A stretch of DNA of 64,000 bases. Source: a virus. The position numbers were made by a program, and so were the translations under genes. Under the pieces are notes generated by a model. It saw only the letters and a list, made by a program, of their open reading frames with translations, was not told the origin of the DNA and did no database searches. Location of the stretch: positions 32,001-96,000 of IMG/VR virus record IMGVR_UViG_3300037245_000888. One strand, 5' to 3'. Positions 9,659-20,219 of this stretch are shown here, piece by piece (the stretch's first letter is position 1; each line of letters begins with the position of its first letter).

Positions 9659-10228
9659 ATGGCTAAAGAATATTATAAATGTTTTATATGTAAAGAAGAT
9701 GTAAAAGCAACAGAAATGGTAAAAAGAAAAGATAAGAATGCTCATGAAGAATGTGCAAAAATATATGATATCAAAACAAAGAATAAGGATCAACTTGACA
9801 AGCTATGTAAATTTATAGAGAAAAGGATATTCGCAAATAAAATAAAATTAAATAATAATATGATAAGAAGGTTGCAAGGAATAAGAGCAGGTGGTATAAT
9901 GATCAAGAGAGGAGATACTGTACCATATAAACAAAATGAAGGATACTCATATAAGTTGATATTAATATGTTTTCTATACAATATAGATTATGTAATTAAT
10001 TCAGCTTCTGGAAAAGAGTTCAAGTCTAGCAATCAAGAGTTTAATTATATATGTGCTATCATAGAAAATAAAATGGCAGATCTTAAGACTGAATTAATTA
10101 AGCAGCAGAAAGAAAAGAAGGACTTGGATAAAGTTGATGTAAAAGTAATGGATAAAATTGTCGAATACAAGAAGCATGAAGACTTAGAAAAAGATAAACT
10201 GAAAGATAAATTTAACGACATATGGTAG
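9659..10228 (+). CDS. Hypothetical replication protein (possible helicase loader), N-terminal CxxC..HxxC zinc finger
   Basis: CFIC..HEEC; lies immediately upstream of DnaB as in SPbeta-like phages. Confidence 0.55.
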   Translation: MAKEYYKCFICKEDVKATEMVKRKDKNAHEECAKIYDIKTKNKDQLDKLCKFIEKRIFANKIKLNNNMIRRLQGIRAGGIMIKRGDTVPYKQNEGYSYKLILICFLYNIDYVINSASGKEFKSSNQEFNYICAIIENKMADLKTELIKQQKEKKDLDKVDVKVMDKIVEYKKHEDLEKDKLKDKFNDIW

Positions 10229-10238
10229 GAGATAATTG

Positions 10239-11747
10239 ATGGAGAAGAAGAAAACAGTAAAAGATATTCATAATATGTTGGTGGCTAAAAACCATAAAGA
10301 AATAACAAAGTATAAGGTTACTAATGAGGCAAGTGTTGTGGGGGCTCTATGGAAGAATCCAGAGTTATATTCTCAACATAAAATAAACTCTAACCATTTT
10401 GGTATGGAAGAAGAATCAAATATGTGGAGAGTATATTTTGTAATAGGAAAAGAGATTGTTCAAAAGGGCAAGAATAACATCACAGAAGTTGAGGTAGATT
10501 TATATTTAGATCAACATCCCAAAATGAAAAAGGTATATGAGTCTGCAGGTGGATACGATACAATAAGTGAGCTTATGACTGAGTATGCCAGTGAAGAAAA
10601 CATAGATGGATATATTCAAGAGTTTCATAAATGGTGGGCTATATCAGAATTGAATAAAAAAGGTTGGGTAGAATTTGAGAATATAAAAGAGTTTATAGAC
10701 TATTCAATAGACGATATATACAGAACATATAGCGTTCCATTACATGATATATTTATTCATACCACATCGAATATCAAGACTTATAATCTATGCTCTGACT
10801 TGGATAGTTTAATTGATAGAGCTAACAGAGGACTCATAAGAGGTATTCCACTTCATAATGCTGATATATTAGATAAGATGATAGGTGGCGTTAGAAAGGG
10901 TGAAATAGTCATGATGGGTGGTATTTCAGGATCAGGAAAGACAACCACAATGATAGAAATACTTTTACCAACAATTATAGAGTTAGACAAGCAGATTGTA
11001 CTCATGTTGAATGAACAGGATGAAGACAAGGTGAGAAGAGAGATGCTAACGTGGATAATGAATAATATATATGATGCTAATTTCAATAAATCAAGATGGG
11101 TTCAAGGAGAATTTACAGAGGATGAAATGAATCATCTTAATACGGCAAAATCTTGGTTGCAAGAAAAGGAAGATAGAAAGAATGTAACTATAATACCTAT
11201 TGAAAAGTATTCAGCAGATTTAGTAGTTAAGATAATAAACAAGTATGCAGGTATGGGAGTTGAGTATTTCTGTTTAGATACATTTAAACCATCTACCGAT
11301 GCAGATTCAGCCTTACAATGGCAAGAAATGACTAGAGATTCTGTTAAAATATATGATGCAATAAAACCAGCTACTAATAATGTTGGCATGTGGATAAACT
11401 TACAATTAGCAAAATCGGTAAGTAAACATAGATATCTTGGATTGGACTCAATTGGAGTCGCAAAGAATGTTGTTGATGTAGCTAGTACATTTATAGCACT
11501 TAGAAGCTTGTGGAATATAGAAAAGTCAGGTGGCAGAAAAGCTACTGAATATATTAAATATCAAAGTGAAAATAGCAAAACAACTATAAAAAAAGTAGTA
11601 GACTCTGAGGATCACGTAAATCACAGTATACTCTTTGTCCCTAAGTCTAGAGAGGGTGCAGGAGGTTTTCAAGTAATGTCTAAGAATAATCTTGGATTAA
11701 ATAAGTTTGAAGAACTTGGAATATTATATCTAGAGGAGGATTTCTAG
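10239..11747 (+). CDS. dnaB: Replicative DnaB-like helicase
   Basis: LDKMIGGVRKGE, Walker A GISGSGKTT, NEQ, Walker B FCLDTFK, QL, KSREG. Confidence 0.9.
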   Translation: MEKKKTVKDIHNMLVAKNHKEITKYKVTNEASVVGALWKNPELYSQHKINSNHFGMEEESNMWRVYFVIGKEIVQKGKNNITEVEVDLYLDQHPKMKKVYESAGGYDTISELMTEYASEENIDGYIQEFHKWWAISELNKKGWVEFENIKEFIDYSIDDIYRTYSVPLHDIFIHTTSNIKTYNLCSDLDSLIDRANRGLIRGIPLHNADILDKMIGGVRKGEIVMMGGISGSGKTTTMIEILLPTIIELDKQIVLMLNEQDEDKVRREMLTWIMNNIYDANFNKSRWVQGEFTEDEMNHLNTAKSWLQEKEDRKNVTIIPIEKYSADLVVKIINKYAGMGVEYFCLDTFKPSTDADSALQWQEMTRDSVKIYDAIKPATNNVGMWINLQLAKSVSKHRYLGLDSIGVAKNVVDVASTFIALRSLWNIEKSGGRKATEYIKYQSENSKTTIKKVVDSEDHVNHSILFVPKSREGAGGFQVMSKNNLGLNKFEELGILYLEEDF

Positions 11748-11759
11748 AAAGGAGATTTT

Positions 11760-12800
11760 ATGCAAGCCTATGAATTAAAAGAGTATCTATCGAAGAACGA
11801 AGATCAAGTTGTAAGAATTCTAGAAGATTTAGGTATGCATCATATAAATACAAGCCATCATAAGCATATCTCTTGTGGTATGCCAGATGGTGACAATCCA
11901 TCATCTACGGTGGTTTATAAGGATAATATGAAAGTTAGAGCATATACAAGAGACTTAGGAAATAAGGAGAATGGATCAGATATATTTATTTTGATTATGT
12001 TTGTAAAAGGTATAAGTTTTCCGAAGTCTGTCAGATATGCACATAAATTATTGGGTATAAAATTCACATACTACAATGAGGAAATGAACGAAAACAAAAT
12101 TGATTTATTGTCTAGATTCAGGAAAATAAAGAAGAAGAGGGATAGAGCGTATGATTACGATACTCATCCAGAATTCATATTAAATAAATATGATCCATTA
12201 CCACATGTTGATTTTATAAAAGATAATATATTGCCCAAATCTTATAGAAAGTATGACACTAGATTTGATTGCTTTAGTCAAAGAATAATATTAACACACA
12301 GAAAATGGGATACAGGCGAGATATTAGGATTCTTTGGAAGAACAACTATACCAAATTGGGAAGAGTTGGGATTACAAAAATACATAGGTATTATGCCATT
12401 CGACAGAGGTGGTAACTTATATGGCCTTGATATAAATTATGAAGCTATAATAAAGGCTGGCTATGTAGTGGTATTAGAATCTGAAAAATCTATTCAACAA
12501 GCAGATTCATTTGGAGAAAATGCTACATGTGCAATATGTTGTGCTGATGTAACAAGAGAGCAACGTAAAATATTATTAAGTCTAAATGTTGATATAATAT
12601 TTGCATTCGATAAAGGTATATCATTAGAGCATATAGATTTAACATGTAAACCATTCTTAAATAAGAGAAGAATTTACTACATTTATGACAATGATAATAT
12701 GCTGCAAGACAAGGAATCACCAACAGATAATGGAGTAATAATATATGAAATGTTGTTATCTGAAAAAATAGAATATACAGGAGAAATTAAGGAGATATAA
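11760..12800 (+). CDS. dnaG: DNA primase (TOPRIM)
   Basis: GFFGRT, NLYGL, VVLESEKS, IIFAFDKG TOPRIM motifs; follows the helicase. Confidence 0.8.
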   Translation: MQAYELKEYLSKNEDQVVRILEDLGMHHINTSHHKHISCGMPDGDNPSSTVVYKDNMKVRAYTRDLGNKENGSDIFILIMFVKGISFPKSVRYAHKLLGIKFTYYNEEMNENKIDLLSRFRKIKKKRDRAYDYDTHPEFILNKYDPLPHVDFIKDNILPKSYRKYDTRFDCFSQRIILTHRKWDTGEILGFFGRTTIPNWEELGLQKYIGIMPFDRGGNLYGLDINYEAIIKAGYVVVLESEKSIQQADSFGENATCAICCADVTREQRKILLSLNVDIIFAFDKGISLEHIDLTCKPFLNKRRIYYIYDNDNMLQDKESPTDNGVIIYEMLLSEKIEYTGEIKEI

Positions 12801-14182
12801 TGGGTAGACATAGTAATATGCCGGAAGAGTATAAAGGCAGAAAGAAATATAGCTTCAGTGCATTGACTTCATGGGAAGAGTGTACATGGGGATATTATCT
12901 ACAGAGATTATTAAAAGTTGATAGCAAGGATAATTTTTATAATTTAATGGGTGCAGTCGTTCATGATGATTGTTTAGATTCTTATAAAAATGGTAAAATA
13001 ACAAAGCAAGAAATGTTTGAAGTGTTTAAGGACGGATTTAATACAATTGTTTCAGAGGGATATAGATTAGATTCAGACGATGGTAAAAATGAAGAACAGC
13101 TTAATTCATATTACAATTGTATAAAGCATTATTTATTGAATTATTATGAAGTAGATAATATTGATCACGAAGAAAATGAAGCTGAAATGTGGACAGAGTT
13201 AAAGGGTAATGTATTTATTGGATATATCGACCATTATTTCTCTACAACTGAAGGTATTCATTATATACGAGATTACAAAACGTCTTCTATGTATGCTCCG
13301 GCTAAAAGATTTCACTATGGAAGACAATTAATTTTGTACACTAAGTATTTATTAGACAAAGGTATTAAGTATAAAGATATTCGTATAATGTGGGACTTTG
13401 CTAAATATGCCAAGCTGTCATTCAAAAAGCCAAGAATATTTAAAATTGATATTCAGAATGATAGTATGCTTGATCAATTAATAGAAAATGGATTAGTTAA
13501 AACAAGAAGATCTACAAAGGTTGATATATTAGGCTATGAAGATAAAACCATGTATCCTAAACGAGATGAGATAGGTAATAAGCTTAGAGCATCATTAAGA
13601 GCTATGTTAAAATTTGATGGATACACGGAGGAAGAAATTGAGTCAATAGTCAAAAAAACATCATCAACAAATGATTTAAAACATGTGCCTAAGCAAATAA
13701 TCAATAAGTATCAAATAACGATTGAGAGAGCTGATGTAGAGTTAGAGTTCAATAAAAAAGTATTCAAAGAGATGGAGAATAGTCTACTAGGAATAATAGA
13801 AGAGATAGAAGACTCTCAAAAGATAAACGAAGATAGGCCTGAAGATGAACACTATAAAGTTTATGAGAGAGATAAAATAGAAAGGTTTAGTAGTTTCTTT
13901 TGCATCAAGTTATGTGGGGTAAATCACTCATGTAAGTATTTCAAAGAGTTTATGGGCGAGGAAAATATGATGCTTATGGATGAACACAAAACTGGTGCTG
14001 ATGATCTTAGAGGTGGAGAAGACTTTAATTTAGATGATATCGATCTAGATGACTTGCTAGATAGTGATGATATAGACTTAGATACAGAGGATGATCTTGA
14101 AATACCACCAGAAGCAAAAGATATTAAAGTAGAAAAGAGTCAAGAAGAAATAGACTTAGATAATTTATTAGATGATTTATAA
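12800..14182 (+). CDS. PD-(D/E)XK exonuclease (AddB/Cas4-like, Fe-S staple)
   Basis: YSFSAL..WEEC, GAVVHD, GYIDH, IRDYKT, QLILY and C-terminal FFCIKLCG...C. Confidence 0.85.
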   Translation: MGRHSNMPEEYKGRKKYSFSALTSWEECTWGYYLQRLLKVDSKDNFYNLMGAVVHDDCLDSYKNGKITKQEMFEVFKDGFNTIVSEGYRLDSDDGKNEEQLNSYYNCIKHYLLNYYEVDNIDHEENEAEMWTELKGNVFIGYIDHYFSTTEGIHYIRDYKTSSMYAPAKRFHYGRQLILYTKYLLDKGIKYKDIRIMWDFAKYAKLSFKKPRIFKIDIQNDSMLDQLIENGLVKTRRSTKVDILGYEDKTMYPKRDEIGNKLRASLRAMLKFDGYTEEEIESIVKKTSSTNDLKHVPKQIINKYQITIERADVELEFNKKVFKEMENSLLGIIEEIEDSQKINEDRPEDEHYKVYERDKIERFSSFFCIKLCGVNHSCKYFKEFMGEENMMLMDEHKTGADDLRGGEDFNLDDIDLDDLLDSDDIDLDTEDDLEIPPEAKDIKVEKSQEEIDLDNLLDDL

Positions 14183-14186
14183 AATA

Positions 14187-14230
14187 AAAAGAGAATAGTG
14201 CTTGTGTGCTATTCTCTTTTATGATATACT
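14187..14230 (+). promoter_or_regulatory. Intrinsic terminator overlapping a sigmaA promoter for dnaE
   Basis: AAAAGAGAATAG/CTATTCTCTTTT stem; TTGTGT(14202)-17nt-TGaTATACT(14225-14230). Confidence 0.65.
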
Positions 14231-14252
14231 ACTCAGTAAGGAGGAAACAAAT

Positions 14253-17200
14253 ATGAACAACTATATTGACAACTATATAATCTATCATATTCACACAGAT
14301 ATATCTAATGGTTTTACAGTATTGGATTCAATAGATACATACTTAACATATATTAATATGGCTAAAGAAAATGGCATGGAGGCAATGGCTATATCAGAGC
14401 ATGGCTCTATACTAAATTGGTTAAAGAAAAAAGAATACATGGAGACAGAAAAGTATGTGTGTAAACATTGTGGTGAAGAGTATAAAAGTTTCGTGTCTGA
14501 ATGTAAAAAGTGTAAGTCAACAGATATCGAAAATACTATACATAAGATGAAATATATACATGCAATAGAAGCATATGTAACAGAGTCATTAGATGAAAAG
14601 GTGAGAGACAATAATCATATTATCTTAATAGCTAAGAATTGGGACGGTGTAATGGAATTGAATAGAATGTCTTCAAAGTCATTTAATAGAGAGGATGGAC
14701 ATTTTTATTTCAATCCAAGAATGACATATGATGAGATAAAATCAACAAGTGATAATATAATTATAACGACTGCATGTTTAGGTGGAATATTAAATAAGGG
14801 AAGTGACGAATATCAGTCAGATTTTATTGATTTCTTATCTAAAAATAAGCATAGATCATTCTTGGAAATACAACATCATAATGTAGAAGACCAGATAAAT
14901 TATAATAAGAAACTATATCAAATATCTAAGGATGCAGGAGTACCACTTATTGCTGGTACGGATACACATTGCTCAACAGCAAGCAAGTTAAATACAAGAA
15001 AATTAGCACAAGAAAGAAAAGGTGTGCGCTTCGATAATGAAGATGGCTGGGACTTGTTATTTAAATCATATGAAGAATTAGTGTCATCATATGACGAACA
15101 GAATTCATTGCCTAAAGATGTATATATGCAAGCAATAGAAAATACAAATGTTATGGCAGGTATGATCGAAGAGTTTGAAATGGATAGATCAAACAAATAT
15201 CCTAAGCTGTATAATAATTCTATGGAGATGATAAAAGACAAAATATCAACTGGTTATAAAGATAGAATGAAAAATAAAGTTCATGATAAAAAGGTATACA
15301 ATGATAGAATAAAATATGAACTAAAAACAATGAGAGATAATGGTTCAATAGATTATATTCTACTTGAAGATTTAGTAAAATCAACAATGAGAAGCAAAGG
15401 TATATATCCAGCTTATTCTAGAGGAAGTTGCTCAGGTAGTCAAATTGCATATCTAACAAGAATAACAGATATTGATGCAATTAAATATAATATGAGTTTT
15501 GAAAGATTTATGAATCCTGAGAGAGTTTCCTTATGTGATATAGATAGCGATTGGGCTCCATCAGAAAGAGGTGAGATTAAGAAGTTCTTACACAATATGA
15601 ATGATGAAGTAGAGCTGGCAAGTACAGTCTATATATCGGAAATAGTTACATTTAATAGGTGGGGAATAAATGGTGCCATAAGAGATGTAGCTCCGATGTT
15701 AAATTACTCGTACAAAGATATAGATAGCATATGTAGCAATATTGAATCCGATGAGCCTAAGTTAAGAAAAAAACATAAAGAACTATTTAAATATGTAGAT
15801 GATTTGATTGGTGTAATATTCTCGATTGGAACACATGCTGCAGGAACAATAGTTAGCCCAATTCCATTAGAGGATAATGTTGGCACGTTTACATCTTCAA
15901 CAAATAACTATCCGATATCACAATTAAATATGAAGGAGATTGATAGTTTGAATTTCGTGAAACTTGATATACTTGGACTGGATAATTGGGAGGTTATACT
16001 CAAGTCATGCAAGCTGGCCGGAATAGATACATTGGTACCTGATAATATGGATTTCTCAGATCAAGAAGTGTGGGATAATATGTTATTAGATCCGATTGGT
16101 ATGTTTCAATTTGAGGGAGATTTTGCACATAGTTATTTAAGAAAGGTTTTTAGAAAATCCAACATAGATAAAATGAAAGCTAATATGATTGGCATACCTG
16201 AAGAGTTGAAGACTATAATTATACTTGGTATTGTGAATGGTGCAATAAGACCAGCAGGAGCTTCATATAGAGATGCATTGGCAAATGGTGATTACAATGA
16301 TAACGGACACAAAGTTTTAAATGATTTCCTATCACCAACATTGGGATATTTAATATTCCAAGAGCAGATAATAGAATTCTTAAATAGGTTCTGTGGATTC
16401 ACAATGGGAGAGGCTGACACTGTCCGTAGAGGGTTTGCTAAAAAGACAGGTACAGAGAAATATATACCTAGAATAACAAGTGGATTTATTAAGATTATGC
16501 ATGATGAATATGGTGTATGTAAAAAGGAATCTGAGGCGATAATAATCTCTTTCCTAAAAGTTATAGAAGATGCTAGTTTTTACTTATTCTCAAAGAACCA
16601 TGCTGATCCATACTCAATGTTAGGATTCGCAACTGCATATCTTAGAACATATCACCCATTAGAATTCTTTACATCTATGCTTGAGGTCAATTTATCAAAC
16701 ATGGATAAGACTAATCAAATAATGAAATATATAAATAAATTTACAAATATAAGAGTCAAGCCAGCACAATTTGGAAGATCGACTGCACATTATTCTTGTA
16801 GCAAAGAGAATAATACAATCTACAAAGGCATTGCATCAATTAAAACATTAGGAGTGTCAGTAGGCGATGCATTTGAAAAGCTTAATAGTGGGTCATACAA
16901 GACGTTTATGGACGCATTAGACGGCATATATCAATATGATAATGTTATGTATATCAGAAGGTATGAACGTGCTTTAAAGGATGATCTAAAGGTTTTAAAG
17001 AAGCAGTGGAAAGAAGATGGGTTTAATAAAGATGAGATAAAAGAAAAGAATGAAGTAGAGAAAACTATAATAGCGAACAAAGTAAAGGATGAAAGAGTCA
17101 TGTGTCCAACTAATCAATTGGTGGGAGACTCTGCAATAGAATTATTAATAGGACTTTCATTCTTCAAAGAGTATGGAAAATCTCAATATCTAATAAACAT

Positions 17201-17741
17201 TCTCAAGGCATATTCTAAAATTAGATATGCTATGGCATTAAAAAAATCATCACTTGAGTCACTTGATATTGAATGGATAAAAATAATTATAAACAATTCA
17301 AAAGAGACAGACTCACAATATTCACAACTTGACACAGATAAAATATTACCTGAAATTATAGACATTATTCAAGATGTTGATATTTCAATAGATAATTGTT
17401 TATTACTTCAGGCTGAATATCTTGGATATATAAATGGCGAGTTGATAGAAAACCCACCATCTAAATATTGTATAATCAATATGGTAAATAAAAGATATAC
17501 ACCATATCTAAGACTACAGAGTTTGACAGGTAAGCAATTTGATGCTAAGATTGATAAAAGAACATTTAACTATAAGTTAGAGCAAGGAGATATACTTGAG
17601 CTAAGAAAGATAGTTAAAAAACCACAATATAAAATGGTTGGTGAGAAAACCAATGGAAAACCTGATTATGTTGAAGATAAAACTAAACCTCTAATTATAT
17701 GGGTTACTGATTATAGGGTTGTTGAAAAGGGAGGAGAATAA
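14253..17741 (+). CDS. dnaE: DNA polymerase III alpha subunit (C-family, PHP domain)
   Basis: PHP motifs HIHT, AISEHG, GTDTH; RGSCSGS, FERFMNPER, DIDSD, HAAG, KLDILGL, QEQ, FSKNHA. AAGGAGG RBS before ATG 14253. Confidence 0.97.
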   Translation: MNNYIDNYIIYHIHTDISNGFTVLDSIDTYLTYINMAKENGMEAMAISEHGSILNWLKKKEYMETEKYVCKHCGEEYKSFVSECKKCKSTDIENTIHKMKYIHAIEAYVTESLDEKVRDNNHIILIAKNWDGVMELNRMSSKSFNREDGHFYFNPRMTYDEIKSTSDNIIITTACLGGILNKGSDEYQSDFIDFLSKNKHRSFLEIQHHNVEDQINYNKKLYQISKDAGVPLIAGTDTHCSTASKLNTRKLAQERKGVRFDNEDGWDLLFKSYEELVSSYDEQNSLPKDVYMQAIENTNVMAGMIEEFEMDRSNKYPKLYNNSMEMIKDKISTGYKDRMKNKVHDKKVYNDRIKYELKTMRDNGSIDYILLEDLVKSTMRSKGIYPAYSRGSCSGSQIAYLTRITDIDAIKYNMSFERFMNPERVSLCDIDSDWAPSERGEIKKFLHNMNDEVELASTVYISEIVTFNRWGINGAIRDVAPMLNYSYKDIDSICSNIESDEPKLRKKHKELFKYVDDLIGVIFSIGTHAAGTIVSPIPLEDNVGTFTSSTNNYPISQLNMKEIDSLNFVKLDILGLDNWEVILKSCKLAGIDTLVPDNMDFSDQEVWDNMLLDPIGMFQFEGDFAHSYLRKVFRKSNIDKMKANMIGIPEELKTIIILGIVNGAIRPAGASYRDALANGDYNDNGHKVLNDFLSPTLGYLIFQEQIIEFLNRFCGFTMGEADTVRRGFAKKTGTEKYIPRITSGFIKIMHDEYGVCKKESEAIIISFLKVIEDASFYLFSKNHADPYSMLGFATAYLRTYHPLEFFTSMLEVNLSNMDKTNQIMKYINKFTNIRVKPAQFGRSTAHYSCSKENNTIYKGIASIKTLGVSVGDAFEKLNSGSYKTFMDALDGIYQYDNVMYIRRYERALKDDLKVLKKQWKEDGFNKDEIKEKNEVEKTIIANKVKDERVMCPTNQLVGDSAIELLIGLSFFKEYGKSQYLINILKAYSKIRYAMALKKSSLESLDIEWIKIIINNSKETDSQYSQLDTDKILPEIIDIIQDVDISIDNCLLLQAEYLGYINGELIENPPSKYCIINMVNKRYTPYLRLQSLTGKQFDAKIDKRTFNYKLEQGDILELRKIVKKPQYKMVGEKTNGKPDYVEDKTKPLIIWVTDYRVVEKGGE

Positions 17742-17742
17742 T

Positions 17743-20196
17743 TTGAGTGAAGAAAAAAATATTGTTGAGTTCAAATGTGAGATTGAAAATTGTGTATTCC
17801 AGAGTGACAACTGGAGTATATATGCAGCAATACCTAAATTTGATTCAGTAGATGTATCTGACAAGGATATATTCTCTGAGTCTGAAGTCAAGGATGATGG
17901 ATTTAAATACAACAAATACAATAATATAACACTAGTTGGTAATTTACCATCATTAGATTTATATCAAGAATATACGATTAAAGCAGATGTTACAAATGAT
18001 CCTAATTATGGATGGCAATATAAAGTTATAACACTGCATAGAGATGTTCCAGCTAGTGATGCTGCGACTAGAGATTTCCTAGCGTCTATACTGACATACG
18101 ATCAATGTAGTGTCGTATTAGAAGTTTATCCCGATGTTGTAAATATGGTAATAGATGGCAATGAAAAAGAAATAGATGTCACTAAACTTCATAATATAGG
18201 TGAATTCAGAAAAGGTAAGATGATAGACAAGATACAGGAAAACTATGTTTATATGGATTTACTTTCAGAATTTAAGGACTTTGATTTATCTTTATCTACA
18301 GTGAAAGCATTATTTACGAAGCATGGGTCATCCGAAAAGGTTAAGCAAGTATTTTATAAAGATCCATACAAATTCTTAATGGACATGGATAGGATAGGAT
18401 TCAAAAGAGCGGATGATAAAATATTGAGAAAGATGCCTGAATTAAAGAGTAGCTATATAAGATGTAAAGCATATTTTGATAAATATATTATGGATATGGA
18501 GGGCAAAGGACATACAATTATATCACTTCCAAAGTTAGAAGAGTCTGTAAGAGAAAATATAATAGATAGCTATGAGTATTTTGATGAAGTTCAAAGCGAT
18601 GAAAGATTCAAAAAGATAAAGAATTTTATCATGAGAAAAGAAACATTTGATAAAGAATTGTATATAGCTCAGACTTTAATCGATATGCAATATGGTAATG
18701 AGCTAAGAGTATGGGATTATGATTTTGTAGACATTAATAAAGACAAAGAATTCCCTGCAACATTAGAACAGATAGCTGCAATGAATGACGCATTAATTAA
18801 TAACGTGAGTATGTTATTTGCAATAGGTGGGTCTGGAAAGTCATTTGCTATGAAAACTCTACTAGATGTATTAGATGAATTAAATAAAACGTCTCTATGG
18901 TTGGCTCCAACAGGTAGGGCAAGCAAGGTTTTATCTGATTATATTGGAAGAGGAGCAAGCACAATACACAGAGGTTTGGCATACAATCCTTCACAGTCTC
19001 CTAAATGGGGATACAATGAAAACAGTAAATTGAATTGTGATATTGTTATTATTGATGAGGGCTCAATGATCGATGTAGATTTAATGTATAGATTATGCTT
19101 AGCAATTGATCCAAGCGTAACTAAATTATTTATAGTTGGAGACGATTATCAAATACCTTCAGTTGGAAAAGGTAATGTTGCATACGATATGCTCAGATCA
19201 ACATTTATAAATGTATCTAGATTAACAAAAGTATTCAGATACAAAGCTGGAGGCATGGCAAAAGTATTAGATGATATGAGACTTGGAAAAGTATTCTTTG
19301 ATAGAAAAACATTGAAAGAAGGCGTAAATACATTTGGAGAAGATAAAGATTATGTATTAATTAAGACTCCACAAGAGAAGTCAAGTGGGACAATATTATC
19401 TATATACAACAAAATGATATTGCAAGGAGTCCCACATACGGATATAATGATAACAATGACAATGAATGTTCATGAACACGGTGCAATAAAAATTAATAAA
19501 ATGATACAAAAATATTTACTCGACAAAACTAAATTGTTGGATAAAAATAGAAACATAAAGTCTAATGGAATGGATTGGTATGTTGGAGATATAGTAATGC
19601 AAACGTCAAACGATTATAAGGCTGAAATATCAGAAAGCTTATTTGAGAGCTCATCACCGTTTGTAGGTGAAGTATTTAATGGATCAGTAGGAAAGATTAT
19701 AGATATTCAAAGAGATAAAGCATTGATAGAGTTTGATGGCGTTAAATTAGTCTACACAAAGAGTAAATTCTATAACCTGCTATTGGGTTATGCCGTCAAT
19801 ATATATAAACTACAGGGTGGTCAGGCTCCATATATTATACTATCTACACCAAAAGCTCATACATTTAATATGAATAAAAATCTAATGTATACAGGTGGAA
19901 GTAGAGCAAAGAAAAGACTGTTCCATATTACTGATATAGATATTATATTATCAGCATTGTCTAAGTCTGCAACATTTGAAAGAGATACACTACTTGGACA
20001 TTTACTAAAGAAAGTATATTTAGATTGGTCTAAAGAAAAAGTGGTTAAACCGTATGTTGAAAAAGAACACAATAATAGAAATCATCAATTTGGATTAGGC
20101 GATAGAAAACCACCAACTATAGGTAAAACATATAAAGACTCAAATACGTTTAGAGGCTTCACAGCTATGGATGGAGACGATGACATACCTTTCTAA
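17743..20196 (+). CDS. recD2: RecD2-like SF1B helicase
   Basis: N-terminal YGWQYK/HhH domain, IGGSGKS, LAPTGRAS, TIHR, IIDEGSM, VGDDYQIPSVG, VFNG, YKLQG. TTG start after GGAGGAG. Confidence 0.92.
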   Translation: MSEEKNIVEFKCEIENCVFQSDNWSIYAAIPKFDSVDVSDKDIFSESEVKDDGFKYNKYNNITLVGNLPSLDLYQEYTIKADVTNDPNYGWQYKVITLHRDVPASDAATRDFLASILTYDQCSVVLEVYPDVVNMVIDGNEKEIDVTKLHNIGEFRKGKMIDKIQENYVYMDLLSEFKDFDLSLSTVKALFTKHGSSEKVKQVFYKDPYKFLMDMDRIGFKRADDKILRKMPELKSSYIRCKAYFDKYIMDMEGKGHTIISLPKLEESVRENIIDSYEYFDEVQSDERFKKIKNFIMRKETFDKELYIAQTLIDMQYGNELRVWDYDFVDINKDKEFPATLEQIAAMNDALINNVSMLFAIGGSGKSFAMKTLLDVLDELNKTSLWLAPTGRASKVLSDYIGRGASTIHRGLAYNPSQSPKWGYNENSKLNCDIVIIDEGSMIDVDLMYRLCLAIDPSVTKLFIVGDDYQIPSVGKGNVAYDMLRSTFINVSRLTKVFRYKAGGMAKVLDDMRLGKVFFDRKTLKEGVNTFGEDKDYVLIKTPQEKSSGTILSIYNKMILQGVPHTDIMITMTMNVHEHGAIKINKMIQKYLLDKTKLLDKNRNIKSNGMDWYVGDIVMQTSNDYKAEISESLFESSSPFVGEVFNGSVGKIIDIQRDKALIEFDGVKLVYTKSKFYNLLLGYAVNIYKLQGGQAPYIILSTPKAHTFNMNKNLMYTGGSRAKKRLFHITDIDIILSALSKSATFERDTLLGHLLKKVYLDWSKEKVVKPYVEKEHNNRNHQFGLGDRKPPTIGKTYKDSNTFRGFTAMDGDDDIPF

Positions 20197-20219
20197 ACAA
20201 CTAAAAGGAGAAATAAAAT

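Noticed and set aside
12800-14182. Cas4-like nuclease as evidence of a CRISPR system
   Set aside because: No repeat-spacer array or other cas genes in the window. It sits in the replication module as a typical phage exonuclease.
14202-14252. Upstream TTG start extension of DnaE, and similar track extensions at 1342, 3186, 4045, 17719, 23210, 23700, 29769, 32342, 60913 and 62027
   Set aside because: The extensions run through promoters, terminators or upstream genes. Downstream starts have proper RBSs or coupling.
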